From assembly GCA_020536535.1 (NCBI GenBank), contig JAHLWZ010000690.1, forward strand, positions 1-64,000: a stretch of DNA of 64,000 nt, written 5' to 3'. This DNA comes from Pelomyxa schiedti. Its lineage: Eukaryota > Protista > Evosea. The notes beneath the pieces were generated by a model that was not told the origin of the DNA, made no database searches, and worked only from the letters and a program-made list of their open reading frames with translations. A program made the translations under genes and the position numbers. Positions 12,921 through 25,079 of this stretch are shown in pieces (position 1 is the first letter of the stretch; every line of letters begins with the position of its first letter).

Positions 12921-13286
12921 CCCTATCCTGTTTTCTGTATCTAAGTTCACAACCACAACACCTCTTGCTATTGTACCCAATTGTGGCTTGCTCTCATGTC
13001 ACCACTGTGGTAGAGATTCTCACATAGAATTTCACATTCACGATTTTTCATTTCGGTGTTCCTGCTGGAGAATCAAGGAAAAAAAAAACCAACAAAACAT
13101 GGAAACCCCAACAAAAACAAAAAAAAAAAAAAGACCAACCACAATCCAATCGTTGCGTCGCGTTCTGCGTTTTTTTTTTCATCGTCGTCAGGTAAACGTG
13201 ACATCGGTAGTGTGAGAGTGAGAGAGAGCGTGAGATCTCGGCCCCCCCCAGTTTACGTTGTCGTTTTTGCAACCAACCATCCCACA

Positions 13287-15360
13287 ATGCCGTCATCAGT
13301 GTTAGTGGCGTTGGCGACGGTCGGCGCTGAAGCGACTTCGCTGCCGCCGTCACCCCGCTCGCCTTCTTCTTCTACTACTACCGTAACCAGCGCCACCACG
13401 CCACACGCGATTATGGGTGCCGCTACCCCAGCCACGTCTACCGCCGCCGGCGGCGAGGATAAGAACAGCACCAACAACGCACCCACAATTGACTGCGGCG
13501 ACGGCACCACCAGCACCAAAAGCGGCGTGATCGACGCTGGTGGTTCCGACGAAGTTGTCAGTGGTTGCACAGGAGGTGGCACTACTACTAGTACTTGTGA
13601 TAGTACCACTGGTACTACTACTACAAATGCAAGTAATGGAGGGGAACACTCCCTGAAATCAACGGCAGTTGGAGATGCAACGGCAACTACTAGTGAGGAC
13701 TCGGGCGTAACTGCTTCTAACTGCCGTGGTGTGGGTGTCGTTGATAATGGTACATGTACTTGTAACAATGATGTGACAATGGAAGGAGCGGCCAGCTGTT
13801 CTTCACCACAGCCAGCTCCACACAAGCACAAGTCGCCGAAAACAAAGCACCCTCAGGAGGAGAGAAAGAAAGAACCCGAACTGTGGTCGGTAAGGAAAAC
13901 AAAACCCCAGTAAGTTCCTTACGGCTAACATTTGTGCAGGATATCATGGAAAGAGATGAACACATCAAACTCAAACTCAAGCAGAGACACAAGCAATTAA
14001 AACAAAAACAAATGCAAGGAAGGAAAGTATACATCAGTAAAGTTTATTTTCCTACGTATGGGCCATACAAATCCAGACCACCATCCCAGCAATCCGTTGG
14101 TCCAAAAGAGGAGGACCGAGATAGAGAGGAGCCTGACACTCATCAAGCACCAGGTGAGAGCCAAGAACGGAGACAAGACGAACACATCCCAGCAAAGATG
14201 AAGTCTGCTGTGAAATCAAAGAGACGCCAGGTGATTTACACCCTTTTCAGTATGTTTGGAAATATTGAAAACCTAAAATGGAGGTATGTTGTATCCCTAA
14301 AGTGAATCACAATTCACATGCCACAGATCTAAAGATAACTTTTTGTTTGTATTATATGAAAACAAGACTTCGGCGCAACAAGCTGTAGATGTATTTTCCG
14401 AGTATGTTGTCTTTTTTTTCTGCTCGCGTCTCACACATAAATTCAAAAAGTAAAATACAAGGAAAAGCAAATCGGTTTGAGGCGCGACGGCAAATTCTCA
14501 AAATTAAACCTCATGTACCTCTCTGGGCTGTTCCGAGTCCGCATTTTTACGTTAGATGGTCGCACGACTACACACCCGTTCTTCAACCAGTAACTGAAAA
14601 ATCTGCTGAAATTGGGGTACCAACCCCAGATGGAAACCCTCCGGCTTCCTTAGAAATGAGTGACCACACTCCAGAAGAGAGCCATACTCCGCTATGTGAA
14701 GCAACTCCCGAATCCACTTCCGCTCAGGAACCCTCTGATCACACCATCCAGCCATCACCCTTAATAACAGCAATTCCGGCCCTGCTTCCGCTACCGGCAT
14801 ATCTAAAACCCAAGGTCCACAAGAAGGCTCCTGAACCTGAAGACGCAATAGCACAGGAACGACGTTCTGGCAAAACAATCCGACGCGGTTGTTATCCCCC
14901 TGCCCCCAAACACCAAGGAGGATCCCTCGTGCCTCTATACACAACAAGCTCCCGGTGCCGGGAATCCAGCACAAGGAACGAGCTAGATGAATACCTAAAC
15001 AGCCTTGCACCGCCAAGAAATGATTCTGAAGAGTGGGGGTCACCAACGCGAAACACAAGAAGAGAGTACTGCCCCCTCCCTCCCCCAACACACAATTCTG
15101 TCACTCCACCCACTGCAAAACCCAAAATTCACTTCACCATCATATACAAAACGCCTAGCATTGTGCCCAGCACCACCGCAACAGCAGTGTCACCCTCCAC
15201 TCCAAGTCAAACAGCAGCACTCCCTGTGTCCCCACCACCAGCACCCACCACCATTCAAGAAACTACTGCACCCAGCATCATTACCATGGAACCACAACAA
15301 CCAACCACACAAGTGTGTTAGCAGAGCTAACTAACACACTTAGCCCAAGAGATTGAAGTG
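13287..15360 (+). CDS. RRM-domain protein with T/S- and P-rich disordered arms
   Basis: RKVYISKV ... IYTLFSMFGNIENLKWR|SKDNFLFVLYENKTSAQQAV is RNP-like; 3' end approximate. Confidence 0.6.
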
Positions 15361-15475
15361 AACAACTCAGTCTTCGATCAAAAAAATCAACGTTTCGTTT
15401 TTTCGCTCTCATTCCGACCCTGTGAACTTTAGAACTCAAAAAAAAAAAAAAAAAAACATACGACGACCGGAAGCC

Positions 15476-17632
15476 ATGGCGTATGTCCACCGTTTTATTT
15501 TTTTGTTTTTCCCACAGACACTAATATATGTTTGTAAAGGGGAGCACCTTCAATAGGCGAGGTAAATACTTTTTTTTTTTCAATGTTTTTAATTTCTGTT
15601 ATGGCCCTCTAAATGTGTACACGCAGTTGGACTCGTTGATGGCGGACTTGGGTATATCGACAGAGACCCCTGGACTGTCTGCTTCTACTAGTACATCAAC
15701 CACGAGCACAACGAGTGCGGGTCCTGGTGCCAAGGCTGGTATGGTTCTTTGAATCCTCATGGTGTATTATTTGATGATATCAATGGAGGATTCCTAACTT
15801 GCGTTTTTAGTATCTTGCAGTGGGCCTGGCAGGGGGGCTGCTATGTCAGGGCCTGGAAGGGGAGCCATGTCTGGCCCTGGGAGGGGTGCTATGTCTGGCC
15901 CTGGAAGGGGAGCTATGTGTGGCCCAGGGGTTACTCCGGCTGCTGCTCCTGCTCCGATGACTGGAACACCCACAAACATTGCACATACTGAGGCGGATGA
16001 ATTGTTGAACGAAATTGGAGTGGAACCTGACCAGTCAGGTACCAATTTCATGAAATCGATTGGTTTCATCAAACTAACTTCGTCCTTACAGGGCCAATTG
16101 AACGTGTTGCGGCTGATGGTACGAGGGTCATTTTCGAAGGGCCAACTTGTGTGTCTTGTGGAAAGTTCATTATGGGGCCGGTACTGTTCCCTTTTTTTTT
16201 TTTACATCTAAATCCCCATATAGATCTTTTCAGCGAACGATAAGGATTACCATCCAGAGTGCTTTAAGTGTGCTGATTGTGCAACAATAATTGAAGATGA
16301 AGGTTGAAGAACCTTTTGCACTTTCTTCACTCATTCTGCAACAAGAACCCTTTGTTGAGCATACTGACGGCCACATTTACTGTCAACAATGTTATCAGAA
16401 CAGATATGGACCCAAGTAAATCCCTGTTGGTTGTAAATCATGCTAAAAAGCAAAAGGTGCTTTTCTTGTTCCAGACCTCTTACTACACAATGTGTGAAGT
16501 TCGCAGATCGCATGTATCACCCCGGTACTTAACTTGCCACCCTTTTGTACCTTCTAACATCGTTCACAGAGCACTTCAATTGCACTGGTAAAACACAACC
16601 CTCTTCCTTTTTTTTCCTTCTGAGTCCGAATAGACTGCGGATGTAAATTGTTTGGCCAAAAGTACATGGACCACGAGGGCGATCCCTACTGCGTGCCCTG
16701 CAAGAACTTGCGCATGGCTGCCGTTAAGCCAACAGGGGGATCTGGTGAAATATGTGGCCGATGCAAGAGACCAATTATTGGTGCTTATCTTGTTATCAAC
16801 GGTCAAAAAATGCACCCAGAGCATTTCCGGTATGCACTCTGAACGATTTTGCCCTTTTTACCTGGCTACAGCTGCGAGGAATGTGGAGCAGATTTCATGG
16901 GTGGGAACTGCCGAGAACTAGAGGGCCGACATTACTGTGAAGAGGTGAAAACTTTTCATTTTATCTAAGTATCTAAATCACCGCAGTGTTTCTTGAAAAG
17001 GATGAAAAGTACTTGCAGCAAATGTGGCAAACCAATTCTTGGACGTTCTACCACTGCCGTTTCTAGAATGTTTCATCCGGTACCTTCAGCCCCAAAATTC
17101 ATTTTTTCTTACTTCCTAAAAGGAGTGCTTTACATGCACTGTATGCAATATTATTCTCGGTACCGATTTCCGTGAGAAGGATGGCAGCCCCTATTGTGAA
17201 ATTGACTACAATAAGCTCTTCGCCAAGGCAATTTCATTCCCCCAACTACTCAAACAGTAACCTTAGCAACAAGGTGTGCCACAAGTGTCAGAAGGCAGTT
17301 GCCAACGAAGGCTTTGAATTCTCTGGCAAATTTTTCCACCCTGCGTGCTTTGTATGCAGTGGTTGCGGTGAAAACCTGTACCGAAAAGTAACCCCCACCA
17401 TTTCCTTTACCAAACTAACTCACAAATCCAGAAACTGTTTGACAACGAGGGTAAAGCCACATGCCAGAACTGCTTTAAGACACTACCCAAAGAAGTTCAG
17501 AAGAAGCTGGTGGATAAACAACGTGTAATGGAAAAGGCAGCCAAAGCCAAAAGGGAGGAAGAACAGAAGGCCGCTAAAGCCAAAGCCAAAGCTGACAAAG
17601 CCGCAGCAAAGGCTGCTGCAAAGAGGTCATAA
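15476..17632 (+). CDS. Paxillin-like multi-LIM-domain protein
   Basis: N-terminal LD-like motif LDSLMADLG; repeated CxxC...HP(E/A)(C/H)FxCxxC...(Y/H)CxxC LIM units (at least 5). Confidence 0.88.
15840..15928 (+). repeat. 24-bp coding minisatellite (AMSGPGRG) x ~4
   Basis: Read directly. Confidence 0.9.
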
Positions 17633-17733
17633 ACAACATCAACATTCACCCCTGGACTCAATTGCATGAAAACAAAAATAAAAAGTGTTTCCTCAATAAA
17701 AGTTTATTGACAAATGTTCTCGCACCACATCAT

Positions 17734-18861
17734 TCATGGCTTTAGACCGTACTCGTCACAAATTTGTTTGATCACAGCCTGTAGGGGCTCCATGTCCTTT
17801 TTCTCAATGAGGTTGAATTCTCTAGAAAACAAATAAAAGTGCTTGAAGCCGGTACTCAAGTGTGGGGCCATCTGTAAGTTATAAGTTATAAGAAAGGGAT
17901 TACTGAAGTACACACTCCCAACTGCTCCAGTTTTTCAACATGATTAAAGTACAAATGAGCATATACACGGAACAGCCTCTTGAAAATATTCTTCACAGTC
18001 GGAACAAACGCTTTTGGTGGTGTATCGGTGAACTCTTCTGGAAATATTGTCAGATCATCAATGTTCTGTGGGGATTGTCATTGACATTGCCGTTGAATCA
18101 GAGGAATGTTAAGCTTACGCTTTGGATCCAAGCAAGAAGAAGTCTGACATATTGCTGCGCATGAACTTCTACAGGCTTGCGGACATCTCGGCCATCTGCC
18201 CACAGATACTGTTTACAAATATTAGATAAGAGAATGGCACTATTGACTGTACCTTCACATCGGGACCCGCAGACATTGTTGGGCATGTAGTTATGGTACA
18301 GAAATCGGATATCTTGGAGAATCACATGAGTAAGAGAGAAACAAAGAATTGAAACGTCTCACAGTGTCAAAAAGAAGATTCACAGAGTTCATGAAGAACA
18401 CGGTATTGGTAGTTATGAACTCAAAAGGGTTCGTGTCAGGAGGTGGGTGAACAGCTGTAGAGAAGTAAGAAGAGTGCTTTTTCAGGGACTGGTCCCTCAC
18501 CATTTCGCAAATCGCCTGCATTTAATGTAGCCACCTAAAAAAGAATCTAATAAGCCCTTGATACAATCAATCACGGGAAAAAACATACCAGGTTCTTATG
18601 CATTTCGTACTGAGCAGGGAAAAAAAAAATGAATGAAAAAGAAAAGTCAGTCAATTAAAGAAAAAGTCAATGGATTTCAACAAGCACCAAATAATACTCT
18701 CTAATCCCAAGATAACCATAACACAACACACGCGCAACAATTACTGTAATTAGATAACAGATAGCAGATGGAGGGACGCGCACCCGCCTGCTGCCCTTGG
18801 CGTACTTCTCCTTGCTTTTCACTGCCGTCTTGTACAGGAATCCATCGAGTTTCCTCAACAT
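17734..18861 (-). CDS. MOB kinase activator family protein
   Basis: YLWADG...KPVEVHAQQYV..LL.WIQ, KNIFKRLFRVYAHLYFNH, FKHFYLFSREFNLI. Confidence 0.92.
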
Positions 18862-19164
18862 CGCGGTGGAGTGATACTACCCCCAAGTTGTTGTTGTTGC
18901 GATGGCAGCGGTAGTCGCCTAGTAGTCTACTGCGTGACGTCCGGGGAGTGTTGCCTCGGCTCTGAAATGTTGTGCGGTTTTTATGCTAACACGGAGTTTC
19001 GTCTGAATCCCCATCGGGTGGGTCCCTCCTTGTGCCGGCTCCCATTCCTGCGGTGTGAAGTTGTTCAGGTCCACAGCACAAGGTTCTTGCTTTGTGAATC
19101 TCATCCCGTTGGCAGACAGCAGCTCTTCGGCTTCTTCTACTCAACACTTTTCATCAAAGCCGAA

Positions 19165-21050
19165 ATGGGGGACGGTTCGAAGGACACCAGGGCTACAGGC
19201 AGCCACCCGTACGGGGAGGTGGTGGGTGGTAGCGTAGATTATGGGACTGTTGTTCCCAGTTCGATATTCGACACGTCGCCACCGACGGAGGGCGAGGACG
19301 ACGAGGAGCAGGAGCAGGATCCAGGACCAGCAGGGACACCAACCGGGGTACCACCCACCACAACGACTACTACTACTACTAGTACTAGTACGTTGAGGGA
19401 GAGGCTGCTGACTGTGATGCTGTCCACCCCTCACGAGACATTCTCTGTGCTCGTTGAGAAAGTGTGCTTTGTAATTCTAAAAAAAATAAAAGCTATATTA
19501 TGTGATTGCTTGTTACAACTGTGTTCAACGTAGGCACCCCACAGAAACCTACAAAGTCCTGATGCATCTCCGTTATTATCTTGGGCCAGTATCAGAACGC
19601 CAACAAGACGGGTAGTTGTACAGCGATTTATTTGCGCTTTCGTGTGCTTGCTGATTCTTATTGGTTGCATTCATACTTAAATATAGTATATATCATTGAT
19701 ATACTGATACATCATTGTCAGCCGGGTGGGTGTCACTCGGAGAATTGTCAAGAAGTGGCATACTGCTTGGTTATGACCAGCCATTATTCACGTCTGTACA
19801 TCCATAATATGAAGCAACACGAACTTTGACAGGACTTGTCTCTACCAAACTCTTCCCATTGTCAACCTGTTTACATTTTTCATTTGGTGGCATGCACGTG
19901 GGAAAAAGAAAACTGAACTGAAAGGACAATTCAAATTCCCTAGGTATGCCACATTATTCTTGTTTAATATTGATGATAATTAGGTATTTGCTCACTGCTT
20001 TGGTAGGAAGTTGCGTTTTGGATACTTTCACATACCTCTGGTACTACAGTTTATCTAAAGTAACTATATCAGTTGCTGATTCGGGTACACTTTCAATTAA
20101 TTTTATGGTCTCATTCAGAAATCAGTTGCTGGAACGGCTCCTGTTCTCGTCTACATCCTGGTAAATAACTTTTTGGCTCCCTTTCCTTAATTGATTGCAG
20201 TCTGTTATTTTTCTAAAAGAACGGATTATCATTACCAAACTGATTGCCGTCGTATTAACAGTTGCTGGTGTACTCACTGTTGCTCTCACAGGTTCTAGTT
20301 GTTTCTATTGTATGGCTGTTTGACATTTTTCAGTTGTGGTACCAAGTATGGTTGATTCCACAGCAGTAGGCTACATTCTCGTTTTCGTGGATTTGATCTT
20401 GTGGTCAGGCTTTCTCATCTTTTATGAGAAATGGGGAACTGACCGGTCTTTGGAGTGGGACTCTTCTGTCGAACGAACACTGATGTATGCGCTTCTTTAT
20501 GTCGGATTAATTGGTTTATACTCGCTTGCGCTCTGGATTGCCGTTCCGGTATACTTTGCCTAGCAACCTGTAACTAAGACAGATAGATATTGAATGCAAC
20601 TGGCACTGAAAATTTCCTCCTACCAACCTGGAAACAGTTTCTACAGTTGTTGTTGAATGCTTTTATCGCCTCCACTTGTCTGACGTAAGCAAAAATCCCA
20701 CACTACAATACAGCCGTTAAAACCAAACTTAGAGTTATGGTTGTGGGTGTGGCATGCTCGTCAGCACTATTTATATCACTTATTGCCCTCCTGAGGTTCC
20801 TTCCCTTATTCCCAAATTTCATGCTGAGAATCTCCGCAGTACTCCTATTACTCTGCTGATAGACGCCGTTGTCAATGACTATAAGTTTCCTGGTAATCCA
20901 AATTCACTAGTTAGCACCCCTAATACAGGGACACTTGCAGGCTGGTCCTACTTTGGATTAGTCTTGATGTTCCTTGGAACGACTGTACTTTTTGCTGACC
21001 AATTTCATGCTGTATGGTTATTCTATAAAAATGCCCCAAACCAACCCTAA
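19165..21050 (+). CDS. DMT/EamA-superfamily transporter (SLC35F-like)
   Basis: Multiple hydrophobic helices; YLWYYSLSKVT, SVIFLKERIIITKLIAV, GV..LVSTIY, PITLLIDAVV. Confidence 0.8.
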
Positions 21051-21550
21051 ATGAAATAACAAGTGTAATTTTCTTACCACTCTATCATCGCCACATTTCT
21101 AGCTTGTGAGTTATGATGAAGGTATTATGGAACTGGGAGGAGGACAGAGCGATTACATCCACAAAAAAGGAAGAAATATCTTCGGCCAGAGATAGTTTGT
21201 ATTACTTATTGGGAGTGGGGCTGACCACACGAGGCGGCAGTGCAGTGCCTGGGCAATCAGGAAGGCACCCAAGTTGGCAGCGGAGCAAGCCCCACCACCA
21301 ACCAGGCACCCCCAGCGACCCCACAAAAAATAAGTTTAATATCGATGCTACCCAATGGGCAGCTTTCAGATATTAAGCTGAAAAGAACAGATACTACACT
21401 TGATCTTAGCCAAAAGGCCGAGAAGGTATGAAGGTCAGTTTGTCCCTGCCCTCGAAAATACCCCGCAACTGCTGAGACAGAAATTATGGGCAATTTATAT
21501 CATTCCCAGAACCATCGATCAAGTTTTGTGTTTGTTTTGATCAATGCTTC

Positions 21551-22908
21551 ATGGACACAAACTCACTACAGCTCCCTCCAACATGTAGCACAATAACACC
21601 GACAAACACTAAGCCACCACCACCAACATCCCCCAATCATGCCACCACCAGTTCCATGACAACACAGGACCCGACGCCCAGGCCACCCACAACCACACGC
21701 ACCAGCAACAACGGGGGCCGCAGCCCCACGGCTGCTCATGCCTCCAACAACGTGGGCCGCCCAGGCTGTGTGCTCCCCGCGCAGCGCCGCCACCCGCCGA
21801 GGCCGCTGCAGCGGGGTGGTATTGGCATCGAGGAGGAAGAGGAGGAGGAGGAGGAGTGCGAGGGGGCCAGGGAGGGCCGGGCGGAGCGGGAGAGGGAGCG
21901 GGCCGAGGCGATGCGGGCGGCACGGGAGGACAGGCTGCGGCGGGTGGCCCACGTGGCGGCGGCCAGGGCCAAGAGGCGCAGGGAGCAGGCCCTGTCCTCC
22001 CAGCAGTCGCAGTGCTCCCCTCCCCTCGGTGCCGCCACATCGTCGCCGCCGGCGCTCTGCGAGGGGGGCTGCGGAGCCACTGTTAATAATACACCGTCAG
22101 GGGCGAACTGCGGGGAAGGAGCCCCACGCACAGGCACAGGCACGGGCACAGGAACGGGCACGGGCACGGTGGCAACGAGGCGGGTGGGGATGTTGGATAT
22201 GCCGCAGGGGATTATGAGGGACATATTGTGTAGCTTGAGGCCAAGGGACTTGTGCTCCCTGTGCAGGGTGTGTAGGTTCCTAAACTACGTGGTTACCGAC
22301 GATGAGCTGCTGTGGGAGGCATTGTGCTCATCTACTTTTGGGTATACTCCCCTATGCAATTTACGTATCCCCTCTCTTCTTGGATTCTTAAAGAGTACTC
22401 TAATTAACATTTAATTTCCTAATTAAATTTTACACCATTCCTCTTTTTTTTTTTGGCATTAGGACTCTTACAGAACAGGAAAAATACAAAGATATCGTTC
22501 AAGGAACACGAGTTGAATGGAGTATGTACATTAACAATTACCCATCACGGGTAATTGCCGCAATACGCCGCGCAATCTTCATTACACATTATCATCACAC
22601 CTCACGGTCAATACGAATTAACACAAACCACAGGAATCACATTCATCAAGAAGTACAAACGAGAGTGCGAAAAGCAGAAGAAGCAAGCGGCGCTCGAGGA
22701 AATGAGGGAGAAGGAGGCCACTGTGTGCGTGGCATGCGGCCACAAGTGCGTGATCAACAAGTTCTACCAGCGGGGCCTCACACTCCAGATATTCGGAGTG
22801 TGCAGTGTGACACTGGGAGGCTGCGGCAGGACCGTATCTGCTATCTCATCAGGCACTGTCGAGGGCAAACGTGGTGCATCATGGGAATACTCATCGAACA
22901 CGTCCTGA
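21551..22908 (+). CDS. F-box protein with low-complexity N-terminus and a C-terminal Cys cluster
   Basis: MLDMPQGIMRDILCSLRPRDLCSLCRVCRFLNYVVTDDELLW is an F-box; CVACG..C in the tail. Confidence 0.8.
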
Positions 22909-23041
22909 CCTTACCAGTCTTGCCAAACTACCCTCTTCTCTTTAATTGTTGTGTTGTCCAGCACCGGAATCATCAATCCTGACTTCGAACCTTCATAGAA
23001 AAAAAAAAATTGAAAATTGTCAACAAGCAAGAAGTAGAGAG

Positions 23042-24867
23042 ATGGGGCGCACAGTGAAGTACAGCAGCAACAGCGGCGGGGGCGGGGGAGGGAAGGGGGC
23101 AAAGGGGGCAGGAGGGGGGCACAAGCACGGCGGGGGAGGCAACAAGGGAGGGGGAGGAGGCGGCGGCGGAGGAGGCAACAAGCGAGGGGCGGGAGGGGCG
23201 CCCGCGCCCACGGCGATGGAGGACGAGAAGCCGAGGAGCAAGTACCAGGAGAGGGTGGACCGGGCCGTGGCTAGGAAGGAGCGCCAGAGGAGGCAGTACG
23301 GCGTGCGTGTGCTCTGTGTCTATTGTATTTATGCACTACTATTATTATTAGTAAATTACTGGCGGTCACTATCGCCACGCCACAATACAATGTGTGTGTA
23401 GGAGGAATGTTGTATGATATGATATGCTAAATGGGATGCTGCCACTCTGTGTTGAACTTCCTGTTGTACGGTATCTAAATTTGGGGTAGGATGCTCAGTG
23501 GAACACGGATTGGAAGAAATTTGTGCACAAGCTGGAGGGGATTGGGTTTTGGATAAAGGATGTGGCTGGGGATGGAAATTGCTTATTCAGGTTTTATTGT
23601 GGAGTCTTTATTTCTCTATGTTGACCCACCAATACAGGGCTATAGCTGACCAGCTCTATAAAGACCCTGGCCAACATGTCCAAGTTAGACAGGAGATTGT
23701 CGATTTTATTGTCTTCAACAGACCCAACTTTGAGCCATTTGTGGAGGATGACGAACCCTTCGACGACGTACTCTCTTCTTTTTTTTGTTTTGCTTTTACT
23801 CACGAGGCGATAGTATGTGAGGAGAATGCGCAAGAATGCTGTTTGGGGTGGCAATCTTGAAATACAAGCATGTGCACTCAAGTACAATGTAAATATAAAC
23901 ATCTACCAACTTGAGCTCCCCAGATGGGATGTGATCAACTTCCCAGATCCCAACACTAGGATCATAAAACTATCATATCCTTTTAATTTAATCCCTCCTT
24001 TTCCGCATTATATCATCCCTTAACTGCAGTCAATGTATCACGACGATAACCATTATGCCAGCGTTCACCCTTTGACAGAACTACCAGGAACGCATATTGT
24101 CACCGCTGCACCCACCAAACTCACAACCACTTCCGCTCCAGCTGCCCCGCGTTTAAGAGAGAAACCCAGATGGAAGGACTCAACAACATCTGCCGCATCC
24201 AGCAGCACGTCATCAACAGCTACCGCTTCAAGCACCACAACAACTTCAGACACAGAAGCAGTATGGGCAATAATGAATACCACCGGTGTTACGGATGAGA
24301 ACCTGGTATTCCCCATTCTGATTTTCCTATCCTCTAATCACTCAAAGGTAATTCAAACCTTAGCTGATTTTGCTGGGAATATTGATGCAGCAATTTCGTT
24401 CTTGCTTACTATTGAGTCATCACGCACAGAGAACAGCGACAGCAGCGCACAGTCGTCATCTTCCGCTACACCTCCGGCAACTACTGCTACTTCCACCACC
24501 CCCATAGCAACAACAACAGCTACAGCCGCTCCAACCAAGGGAACTGCCGCCGTTGCGGAGGAGCCTCTTCCGAAACCCAAAGGAAGCAAGTGGCATGACC
24601 CAATATCGGAAACAGAGAAAGTAGAAAGACACCTAGCGAAAGTCGAGGCATTCAAGTACCCTCTCTTGCCTAAATCATTCCTCCAACTCACTCCACTACA
24701 GCACCCGGTATCAGTCCAACAAGCAGCGGACTTTCCTCAAGCAACAACAGAAAACCGAATCAGCCAAAGCCAGAAAAGCAGCCAAGAAAGCACTCGCAGT
24801 AGCCACGGTTACAACTGACACAACACAGGCAGCTCTCATGGATGAACAAAATGCTCTCAACATTTAA
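23042..24867 (+). CDS. OTU deubiquitinase (OTUD3-like) with UBA/CUE-like region
   Basis: GDGNCLF|RAIADQL, FEPFVEDDEPFDD|Y, WGGNLEIQA, LS|YHDDNHYASV carry the catalytic Cys and His motifs. Confidence 0.92.
23975..24034 (+). other. U12-type (minor spliceosome) intron with AT...AT termini
   Basis: 5' ATATCCTTT; branch TCCCTTAAC 10 nt before the 3' end; removing it restores LSYH, while retaining it gives an in-frame TAA. Confidence 0.85.
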
Positions 24868-25079
24868 ACTGGCGCGCCGGGACTACTGCGGTGCCAAAAT
24901 GCCCAAGTACATGCCCATTGTCCCCTTGTTACCCAATAAAATAACTGTGCCGTTTCGTGTTCCCGCACCAGCAATTCGTTTTCTTTCGTTTTTTTCTTGA
25001 ATAAGTGTGGTGTTCAGGCACTGAATTATGTGGCTCAAGCAGTTTTGAAGGGAAAACGTATTACACCAAAAGGAATTTA

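Noticed and set aside
21215-21296. GTGGGGCT...AGCCCCAC stem with inner hairpin, and short ORFs at 21113-21431
   Set aside because: Short GC-rich stems are common by chance; no recognisable RNA or protein motif.
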